A DNA stretch of 30,221 nt from Planctomycetota bacterium (GTDB lineage: Bacteria; Planctomycetota; SZUA-567; H5-PLA8): positions 1-30,221 of the forward strand of contig JBBRPR010000087.1 of the NCBI GenBank assembly GCA_038227875.1, read 5' to 3'. A program made the translations under genes and the position numbers. Each line of letters begins with the position of its first letter. Position 1 is the stretch's first letter. The notes beneath the pieces are model-generated. The model was not told where the DNA came from. It saw nothing but the letters and a program-made list of their open reading frames with translations, and searched no databases. Shown in pieces: positions 1 to 7,273 of the stretch.

Positions 1-58
1 CAATTTTCGCACACACGCACTAATATCGTTACAAACAACATTATCAGGTAGAGGAATA

Positions 59-736
59 ATGAACGCGAAAATCTTCGGAGTCGTATTAATCGTTATTTCC
101 GGATGCATCCGATTTCGCCGTCGCCAGCTCGAGAAACAGGAGGAAAGCGTTGACTCCATCCTGATGTTGGAACTCATCGGACGAACGCTTGCGTGTATCG
201 GGATAGTTTGCTCTTTACTGGGTACACACTCAAGCGCTTGGGGCATTATCGCCGGAGTGACGTTCGTGGTGACATCATTATCCTTGCCGAGTGCGATAAA
301 TAGAAAAATCAGACCGAAGCCAACTGCATTACAGGGAGTAAGCGCGGTACTATTTATTGTCTCGCTCCTTATCGTCGCGGCCGATGGTTATCTTTTTTGG
401 CGTCCATCGGGGCAAGGCGCGGTGACTCCCGCGGAAATAGATGCGGCTAAAGAAAAAGTATATAAATCCAGCGTCGACGAGTACCTCTCAGGAATAAAAA
501 GTGAACCGGACCGGAGCGTCTATCGCGCAGGCTTTCCACGGGATTTCTGGAGCGTCAAGCTCGCCTTTGGGATGTACCACTATCAACGAGAACACAAGTT
601 GAGCAACCCTGCGTTGTCAGAAGATCTCATTCAAATATTAGAGGCGCGAACGAAGTTGGATTTGAAATCTCAGGCACCGGAGAAGGTTGATGAAACGGTC
701 GGTAATTGGATCAAATTAAATCAACCGCCGGATTGA
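59..736 (+). CDS. Hypothetical membrane protein (about 3-4 TM segments plus a soluble C-terminal part)
   Basis: 225-aa ORF with GAGGA RBS just upstream of the ATG; hydrophobic segments in the first ~115 aa; DNA visibly AT-richer than the rest of the window. Confidence 0.7.
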   Translation: MNAKIFGVVLIVISGCIRFRRRQLEKQEESVDSILMLELIGRTLACIGIVCSLLGTHSSAWGIIAGVTFVVTSLSLPSAINRKIRPKPTALQGVSAVLFIVSLLIVAADGYLFWRPSGQGAVTPAEIDAAKEKVYKSSVDEYLSGIKSEPDRSVYRAGFPRDFWSVKLAFGMYHYQREHKLSNPALSEDLIQILEARTKLDLKSQAPEKVDETVGNWIKLNQPPD

Positions 737-743
737 GACACCA

Positions 744-1694
744 CTAGCTCTGTAGTGCCAATTCGCTCGCGTCACTCCGCCGCATCAAAACCTCGCACAT
801 CACACCCGCGCCGAGAACCAACGCCAGGCAGATCAAAATGTTGCGCGCACCGATTCCGCCAAATCCCTGCGGCGCGGATTTCTGGAACGCTTCCATCGCC
901 AGGATCGGGTCAGAGGTCTCCACAGTCTGCGAATGCGTCAGCGGCCAGCCACGGCCGCGGATGGTCGTCACGTAGCTGGTGACCTTCGTCTCGCCTTCCT
1001 GTTTGAAGACCGTCTGGCAGCCGACGATCGCCGGCGCGCGGAAATTCATATAGCTCAGCCCAGCGGCCAGGCAGACGACGAGCACCAGCGTGCGAATGTG
1101 AAATTGATACCAGCGCGGCGCGTACGCTTCGCGCGGAGCAGCTACGTTGCGGGATTGCGCTTTAGATTGCGGTTTTTGAAGAATCTGCGTGTCGCGCTTT
1201 TCTGGCGGGGGTTGCGTCGCATGCAACACCGGCGGCGTATGACGCGCTTGCAGAATCGGCGGAGTTTTGCGTGCCACGTGAGGCAGCGGTTGCGGGCCCG
1301 ACTGGCGCTTGGGAATCAGCGCGGTCTGTGAACCCGACTGTCGCTTAATGGTCGGTTGTGCTGGTAGCGGAACTGGATCCGCGGGCTTCGGTTGCACGTT
1401 TGGGTAGTGATGATTCATCGCCGGCGCGGGATTCTGCGTCGGCTGCCCTCCGGAAATCCGTTTGGGAATGCGTCGAGTGTCCGAGGAGGGCGAAGGCAAT
1501 GGCTGCGGCCCGGACTGCCGCTTCGGTGCGGGAGCGGGGGATTCGGAGTCGGAAGGTCGTGGTTCGTGAGACACGCGTATCGCGCCACCGATTTGATTCA
1601 ACCCAGGCGCTACCTGGACTTCATGCGCCGTATCCGTAGCCGGCACAAAGCCAATCTCGCGCTGCGGATTAATGATGTCGTAAACTTCAGTCAT
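744..1694 (-). CDS. Membrane protein with long Pro/Gln-rich disordered N-terminus and a two-TM C-terminal module
   Basis: 316 aa; GGGAAGAG upstream; repeated KRxSG motifs; TM1 WYQFHIRTLVLVVCLAAGLSYMN, TM2 NILICLALVLGAGVMCEVL; 33 bp downstream of the last pilin gene on the same strand. Confidence 0.75.
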   Translation of the reverse strand: MTEVYDIINPQREIGFVPATDTAHEVQVAPGLNQIGGAIRVSHEPRPSDSESPAPAPKRQSGPQPLPSPSSDTRRIPKRISGGQPTQNPAPAMNHHYPNVQPKPADPVPLPAQPTIKRQSGSQTALIPKRQSGPQPLPHVARKTPPILQARHTPPVLHATQPPPEKRDTQILQKPQSKAQSRNVAAPREAYAPRWYQFHIRTLVLVVCLAAGLSYMNFRAPAIVGCQTVFKQEGETKVTSYVTTIRGRGWPLTHSQTVETSDPILAMEAFQKSAPQGFGGIGARNILICLALVLGAGVMCEVLMRRSDASELALQS

Positions 1695-1727
1695 CGCAAA
1701 CTCTTCCCATTACAATCTACGGCCTGC

Positions 1728-2270
1728 CTATTTGTTGCTAATCTGGTTGTCTGTGGAATCGGACGTGCCATCGGGCACGAATCCTTTTTTCACATCGAGT
1801 GCTCCGCCCAGCTTCTTGTCGAGCCCCGGATCGACCACCACGAAGCTCTGCAATTTTCCGTCCGGATCCGGATTGTAGCGGCCGTACAGATAGGTTCCGC
1901 CCAGCGGCGAAAGCATCGCCTTGCGCCCGCCGGCCGACACCGCCACTTCGTTGGCCGGCAGCTCAATGTAGGGCCCGTAATGCATTTCGCCCCACGTCAG
2001 CCGTTGGCACAGGTACGAATACAGCAGTTCCGATCCGTCGGTCGACGCCGTGCCATCGGTCAGTACCGAGTCGGGCGGGTAACTGCGCAATTCGTCGCGG
2101 TAGCGTTCGAGCGCATTGGAAATGGTCGACACCATCATCCCGGCCTTCGCCACGCGCGCTTTGGTGCGCGCCATGCCGATGACGGGAAGCAGAATCGCCA
2201 TCAGGATCGCGATGATCGCGATCACCACGAGCAATTCCACCAGTGTAAAACCACGCGTCTTGGTCTTCAT
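1728..2270 (-). CDS. Prepilin-type N-terminal cleavage/methylation protein, GspG-like pseudopilin (divergent C-terminus)
   Basis: Class III signal KTRG|FTLVELLVVIAIIAILMAILLP; ALERYRDELRSYPP; degenerate GspG motifs SPLGGTYLY and VVDPGLDKK. Confidence 0.85.
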   Translation of the reverse strand: MKTKTRGFTLVELLVVIAIIAILMAILLPVIGMARTKARVAKAGMMVSTISNALERYRDELRSYPPDSVLTDGTASTDGSELLYSYLCQRLTWGEMHYGPYIELPANEVAVSAGGRKAMLSPLGGTYLYGRYNPDPDGKLQSFVVVDPGLDKKLGGALDVKKGFVPDGTSDSTDNQISNK

Positions 2271-2279
2271 AGTTTCGCT

Positions 2280-3017
2280 CTAGAGTCCGCGGTAGACCGG
2301 AAACGTCAGCGTCACGGACTGCACCAGATTCGGGTCGCCAACTTCCGGCGAGAACGTCAGCGTCAGCGCCACCGCCGACGGCAGCGTGCGCGGATAGAGC
2401 GCCGTGTCGCCGGTCACAGCCGCGGCCGGAGGGTTGATCGCTGTAAATTTGAAGCTGCTGGTGATGATGTTTGAAATCATGATGTCCGACTGCAGCGCGG
2501 GGGTGACAAAATTGTAGTCACCGAGTTTGCATTTCCACGCCGACGTGAGCGGGTCGAGATTCAGCTTCGTCGGATCGACCGGATCGTAAGGCCCGCTGCT
2601 GTCGCGATAGCGGACGAGCATCGAACGGCCGGGAAAATTCGGATCGGCTTCGAGCTTGTAGCGCACGTCAACGGTCACCGGCTTGCCGAATTCGTCGGTC
2701 GACGTGGTGAACGTCAGTTCGTCGCCGCTGGGACTGACATAATAGTCGAAGCCCATTCCCGGATTGACCGGGTCGCCGGCGTCCTGCGTGCGCGGCACGG
2801 GGAGCATCGCGCCGATTTCCTGACGGAGGCGGATGTTCAGCCCGCGCATGCGTTCAGTGACGGCCACGCGGCCGGTCGTCGCACGCGTGGCATTGATCGA
2901 GGTCGTGAAGACGAACGACAGAATCGAAACGAGAATCACGGAGATCGCCACCGACACCAGCAATTCCAGCAGCGTGAACCCGGCAGGACGTCGACGCGTA
3001 AATTTCCTGAGTTGCAT
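2280..3017 (-). CDS. Prepilin-type protein, GspJ/PilW-like minor pseudopilin
   Basis: PAG|FTLLELLVSVAISVIL; long N-terminal helix to LRQEIGAM; VRYKL...LVRY and C-terminal LPSAVALTLTF typical of GspJ; GGAGG RBS before ATG 3017. Confidence 0.8.
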   Translation of the reverse strand: MQLRKFTRRRPAGFTLLELLVSVAISVILVSILSFVFTTSINATRATTGRVAVTERMRGLNIRLRQEIGAMLPVPRTQDAGDPVNPGMGFDYYVSPSGDELTFTTSTDEFGKPVTVDVRYKLEADPNFPGRSMLVRYRDSSGPYDPVDPTKLNLDPLTSAWKCKLGDYNFVTPALQSDIMISNIITSSFKFTAINPPAAAVTGDTALYPRTLPSAVALTLTFSPEVGDPNLVQSVTLTFPVYRGL

Positions 3018-3052
3018 CACCGTTCCTCCCCCACTTCTCACTGCACGAACCT

Positions 3053-3580
3053 TCAGTATCCCGCCGTCACCAGCGTGGTGTAAACGGCCACCGGCTGCTT
3101 CCCGGCCTTGTAGTTTCGGTAGACAAATACGGCGATCTGATAAAGGCCCGTCGGGTACGGCTGCGCGGCGTTGTCTTTGGTCGGGTCATCGAACGCAGCC
3201 GGGTTCATCGGGTTCTTGCTCGCGCGGCAGCTCCACCAGAGATCATTGTCGGCATTGGCGCCGTCGAAGCGGACCGGCACCGGAGTACCGGTCGCGTCCT
3301 GCACCCACGACTTTCCCATCACGATCCGGTCGAGGTACGGATGATTCGGCGGCGTGGCCGTATCGACATCGGTGACCACGCGCCCCGCGAGGCTCTGCGC
3401 CGTCATCGCCGCAGCGGTCGTATTTTGAGAGGCCGACGTAAACGTGAGCCCGTTGCCGAACAGCGACAGAATCCCGAGAATCCCCACTCCCATGATCACG
3501 ATCGCGAATAGCACTTCGATCAGGCTGAAGCCTGCAGCGCGCTTTCTCCGGCCGGAGAGTGGAAAATAGGCGGCGTTCAT
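3053..3580 (-). CDS. Prepilin-type protein, GspI/PilV-like minor pseudopilin
   Basis: Start MNAAYF at 3580 overlaps the upstream stop (ATGA); AAG|FSLIEVLFAIVIMGVGILGILSLF; C-terminal LYQIAVFVY...YTTLV. Confidence 0.8.
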   Translation of the reverse strand: MNAAYFPLSGRRKRAAGFSLIEVLFAIVIMGVGILGILSLFGNGLTFTSASQNTTAAAMTAQSLAGRVVTDVDTATPPNHPYLDRIVMGKSWVQDATGTPVPVRFDGANADNDLWWSCRASKNPMNPAAFDDPTKDNAAQPYPTGLYQIAVFVYRNYKAGKQPVAVYTTLVTAGY

Positions 3581-4851
3581 TTGGCGGTCGCCTCCGCCAG
3601 GCTGTGAGCGACAACAGCGCGGCCGGTATTCGGGTTGATCACGACGTAACTGGCGTCTCCGGTGGTCATGTCGCTGATGCGCAGCACCGACTTCACCGCG
3701 CAGGTGCCGTCCGGCCGGAACATCAGCGGGAAGAGGTACGGGCTGGTCGGCTTGGCCGCCGGATCGGAGATGACGTAGTCCCCCGGTCCGTTGGGATCGA
3801 CAACGCCCGGCTTCGGTTCGAACGTGTCGACGCGCAGCCCCGGGGAAATCAGGCGGATGCTGCGGACGTCGAGCATGGCGTCGTCGGCCTGGCCATCGCA
3901 GTTGTTGGTGAAGACTCCCAGGAATCCGCTGCGCAGCGGCGCGTTGTCGGTCACCGGTCCGACGGTGTACGACGCCGGTTCCAGCTGGCCATCGGCCCAG
4001 ATTTTTCCGGCCAAGGTCACCGGCCCGGTGCCGCTCGGCGCGCCGGGAGGCGTGACTTGCTTGATCGAGAGCAGGAAGCGGTACCAGACACCTTCCGCCA
4101 TGCAGCACGTCGGCGACGGCGCGCCGTTGGCGTCGATCACCGTCGGCAGGCTGGCGAGCGCACCGCTGAGCTTGCCCAGCGACACGGTGCTCTGCGTATT
4201 GCGCGTGCCGATGTTGAGCGCGCTGGACGGCTCGATCGTCGCGAAGAGGCTGTACGCGTCGACCATCGTCGCGCCGTTGTCGGTAACGCTGCCGAGTATC
4301 CCGATCGTGCGCGGCGTCGTGCGGTTGGCGTCGGGCACGATCTTGACGCGGGCTTCGACGATCACTTCGTAGTCGTCGGTGTTCGACGCGGCAACGCGGA
4401 AGCCGGGATTCCAGTAGTAGCCGGGCGTGCCGCCCCTGCCCTGCACCAGCAGCGTGTGCGAATTGTCTTCAACGATCTGACGCGGATTGGCGGTGTTGCT
4501 CATCCAGGCATTCTGCAGCGCCTTGTCTGGAAATTCCGGATCGCCAGGCTGCACGGCTGAGTAATTTTCAAAATCTTCGTCGGACGTCAGGCCCACGACG
4601 GTGATGCGGTTGAGATCGCCGGCGCCCTGCGGATTGAGGCGCGTGAGGTCCACGCGCGCGGTGCGCCGGAACGTCACCGCTGTCGCGCGCGATTCGTCGG
4701 CCGTCGCCACAATCAGGCTGATGGCCTGCGCCATGCGCGTGCCGCGCAGCATTGCGGTGACCGACGTCAGCGCCATCGCCGACATAATCAGGATGATGCC
4801 CATGACGACGAGCATTTCGATCAGCGTATAACCAGACGTTCGCTGTTTCAT
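3577..4851 (-). CDS. Prepilin-type protein, GspH/FimT-like minor pseudopilin with a large inserted beta-sandwich domain
   Basis: TSG|YTLIEMLVVMGIILIM; ESRATAV helix; C-terminal LMFRPDGT and VVINPNTGRA typical of GspH/FimT; ~250-aa central insertion. Confidence 0.8.
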   Translation of the reverse strand: MKQRTSGYTLIEMLVVMGIILIMSAMALTSVTAMLRGTRMAQAISLIVATADESRATAVTFRRTARVDLTRLNPQGAGDLNRITVVGLTSDEDFENYSAVQPGDPEFPDKALQNAWMSNTANPRQIVEDNSHTLLVQGRGGTPGYYWNPGFRVAASNTDDYEVIVEARVKIVPDANRTTPRTIGILGSVTDNGATMVDAYSLFATIEPSSALNIGTRNTQSTVSLGKLSGALASLPTVIDANGAPSPTCCMAEGVWYRFLLSIKQVTPPGAPSGTGPVTLAGKIWADGQLEPASYTVGPVTDNAPLRSGFLGVFTNNCDGQADDAMLDVRSIRLISPGLRVDTFEPKPGVVDPNGPGDYVISDPAAKPTSPYLFPLMFRPDGTCAVKSVLRISDMTTGDASYVVINPNTGRAVVAHSLAEATAK

Positions 4852-4859
4852 GAGCTGCC

Positions 4860-5594
4860 TCAATTCGTCGCATCCCAATTATTGATGTCGTCGGCGAGTT
4901 CGCCGGGCTGACACTTCTGAGTCGTCGTGAGCGTGCCGTTAAACTGCGCGTCGCCGAGCTCCGGCGCGTTGTCGATGATCCCATCGCCGTTGTCGTCGGC
5001 ATTGTTGTAGGCGGTGTTGGGCGTCGCGTTCCGGTCGCTGGCGGTCTTGCCATCGGGGCCGGCGGAGTAGAGATCGAATTCGCCGCGCTTGTGGATCACG
5101 CGGCGCGGATCGCCGACGTATCCAATCGGCCGGCGCCACGCGTCGCAGACAAAATAGCTGGACCCGTTCACCGGATCATTGTAGGCCACCAGTTCGCGAT
5201 CGGTGAACGCCAGCAACGGCCCGATGGTCGTGCCCGGATCCGTGGCGCTGATGCGGTAGACGACCGGCTTGCCGAGGTACCGCCAGAGCGTGCCTGCGTC
5301 GTACGTCACACCCGCGTTACCCGCGGTCGGGCTCAAACCGAAGCCGGAATCCGGCGGGTAAACGCGCCCACAATTTGAATAGTACGACTGCAGCGCGAGG
5401 GAAATTTTGCGCATCAGCGCGTGCGTGCTTTTGATTTTCGTCGCCGCCGTATAGTTCACGAAGACGACCGAGAGGATCGCCATCAGGAATCCGATGATCG
5501 CGATCACGACGACCAGTTCGATCACCGTGAAGCCGCGACGCGGCAAGAAACTGCACGGAGGGCACATCGAAGTTGCGTGCGTCGTCGCGTTCAT
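4860..5594 (-). CDS. GspG-like pseudopilin
   Basis: RRG|FTVIELVVVIAIIGFL; DAWRRPIGY; FDLYSAGPDGK; DDINNW. Confidence 0.85.
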   Translation of the reverse strand: MNATTHATSMCPPCSFLPRRGFTVIELVVVIAIIGFLMAILSVVFVNYTAATKIKSTHALMRKISLALQSYYSNCGRVYPPDSGFGLSPTAGNAGVTYDAGTLWRYLGKPVVYRISATDPGTTIGPLLAFTDRELVAYNDPVNGSSYFVCDAWRRPIGYVGDPRRVIHKRGEFDLYSAGPDGKTASDRNATPNTAYNNADDNGDGIIDNAPELGDAQFNGTLTTTQKCQPGELADDINNWDATN

Positions 5595-5595
5595 T

Positions 5596-6255
5596 TCAGT
5601 TCGTCCACGAATTGATGTTGTCGCTATCCACGCCCGATCCTTTTTGCCCGCTGGGCGTCAGCGAACCGATGCTGTTCTTGCCGTCCGGGCCATACGACCA
5701 GACCTTGGCGTTGACGGTCTTCTCCGCGTCGGGCGTGCCCACGGGGTACGGCTCTCCGACGCGCGTCACCGCGCCGGTTTTCGGATCGACCTTGATGTGC
5801 AGGGCGTCGAGCTGGTACGGATTGCCCCAGGGATCGCAGAAGAGCATTACATCATTCTGCCCCGCGACTGTTTTGCCCGGGCCGCGAAGAAACTCGGGCT
5901 TCATCTGCATGAACGGTCCGTGCGGCTTGCCCATTTCATCGACGACCTGCATGCCGAGGTAGCGGTGCAGCGCGTACGGCTCATTGCTCGTTTCATCAGC
6001 GGAGAATGCGCCGGTGTCCGGTGGATAACTGCGCAGCTCTTCGTAGTACATCTGCGCGGCGGCGTAGATTTCCTTCACCTGCGTTACGGCAAGCACAATC
6101 TTGCGCTTCTCGCGCGCGGTGCCGATGGCCGCCAGCAGCAGACTAGCGAGAATCACGATGATGCCGATCACCACCAGCAATTCCACCAGCGAGAAGCCGC
6201 GGTGCGGATGCGAGCGAATCGAAAGAATCGGCGTGCGGTTGAGCATCGGTCTCAC
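5596..6255 (-). CDS. GspG-like pseudopilin
   Basis: HRG|FSLVELLVVIGIIVIL; DPWGNPYQ; VWSYGPDGK; DNINSW; GTG start overlaps the upstream TGA (alternative ATG at 6246). Confidence 0.85.
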   Translation of the reverse strand: MRPMLNRTPILSIRSHPHRGFSLVELLVVIGIIVILASLLLAAIGTAREKRKIVLAVTQVKEIYAAAQMYYEELRSYPPDTGAFSADETSNEPYALHRYLGMQVVDEMGKPHGPFMQMKPEFLRGPGKTVAGQNDVMLFCDPWGNPYQLDALHIKVDPKTGAVTRVGEPYPVGTPDAEKTVNAKVWSYGPDGKNSIGSLTPSGQKGSGVDSDNINSWTN

Positions 6256-6905
6256 CAGTTTGTCACGTCGTCGACCAGTTCGGCGGCTTCGTCCACGCGT
6301 CCGTCGCCGTTATTGTCCTTGTCGTCGTTCTGCGGATCTTTTTTGCCGTCGGGACCAATCGAATAAATGTCGAACGTGCGGTTGTGGCAGAGTGTCGCCG
6401 CCCCGCCGGCCTGAAGATGCGCCTGGCAGTTGAGGTAAGCCAGCGGCCGGCCCCACGCGTCGACGATGATCGTGGCGCCGGCGACCGCGCGCAGATTTTC
6501 CTTCGGTACGCCCTTCAGGTATGGGCCGTAGTGGTGCTTGTTGAGATCGAAACCTTCACCCGTCGCGCCGTTCAAGCAGAAGTAGAGCGCGTTGGCGTCG
6601 GGCGCGGGTCCCAGCAGCTTGGTGCCCGCCGGCGTCGTTGCGTTGGCGGCGTAATCAGGGGTGCTGGCGGGATATTCGTCGAAGTCTGTGTAGTACTGAT
6701 TGAGCGCCGTGGTGATCGAACCGATCAGCGTTTCGGTGGCGCGGATCTGAGCTTTGCGGCGCATCGAGCCGATCATCGGCGCCAGTAGTGCGATCAAAAT
6801 CGCGATGATCGCGAGCACCACCAGCAGCTCGATCAGCGTTACACCATACGTGCGGGCGCACAGGTGTCGGCGTGATAATCGAGAGCGGAAAATCGATGTC
6901 GTCAT
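6252..6905 (-). CDS. GspG-like pseudopilin (first gene of the operon)
   Basis: TYG|VTLIELLVVLAIIAILIALLAP; DAWGRPLAY; FDIYSIGPDGK; DDVTNW; start uncertain (ATG 6905 or GTG 6959). Confidence 0.85.
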   Translation of the reverse strand: MTTSIFRSRLSRRHLCARTYGVTLIELLVVLAIIAILIALLAPMIGSMRRKAQIRATETLIGSITTALNQYYTDFDEYPASTPDYAANATTPAGTKLLGPAPDANALYFCLNGATGEGFDLNKHHYGPYLKGVPKENLRAVAGATIIVDAWGRPLAYLNCQAHLQAGGAATLCHNRTFDIYSIGPDGKKDPQNDDKDNNGDGRVDEAAELVDDVTNW

Positions 6906-6959
6906 TTGCACCGCTTGCCTTTTCTCAACCACCAGATCGCTCGTTTTTCTAACCTTCAC

Positions 6960-7273
6960 TCATCTTACGTGTAGCATCCTAGCATTAAAATAAAGCTATC
7001 ATACATTTTTTCTGATAAATTTATTCATGTTTGCTCATCGTCGCAAAAACAGTCTAAAACAGGGGGATTGGGCATATGAGAAAGCTTAAAAGCACATTGC
7101 GCGCCACTAAGTGCACGAGGGTCAAATCGGTGTTATATGTCCGTCCAGGTTTGGAATTGTGCATATATTCACGTGGATATGATACAATTACGGGACAGTT
7201 ACTTTTTACCCTATGACCGCCACGTCGGGTATACCTGAAAGCAGTTTGAAACGGTTTTCGGAGACTGACCCCA
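6960..7273. promoter_or_regulatory. AT-rich divergent promoter region between the pilin operon and the CBM9-transglutaminase gene
   Basis: Sharp drop in GC between divergently oriented genes; near-palindrome ATATTCACGTGGATAT at 7165-7180. Confidence 0.6.

Noticed and set aside
3581..4108. N-terminal extension of ORF 3053-4108 as a 351-aa protein or frameshift fusion
   Set aside because: It overlaps the H-like gene in another frame; the ATGA-coupled start at 3580 directly precedes the class III signal peptide
1392..6366. Long plus-strand ORFs opposite the pilin genes (e.g. 1392-2474, 3559-4560, 5494-6366)
   Set aside because: Antisense shadow ORFs typical of GC-rich DNA; no recognisable motifs, while the minus strand has clear prepilin signatures
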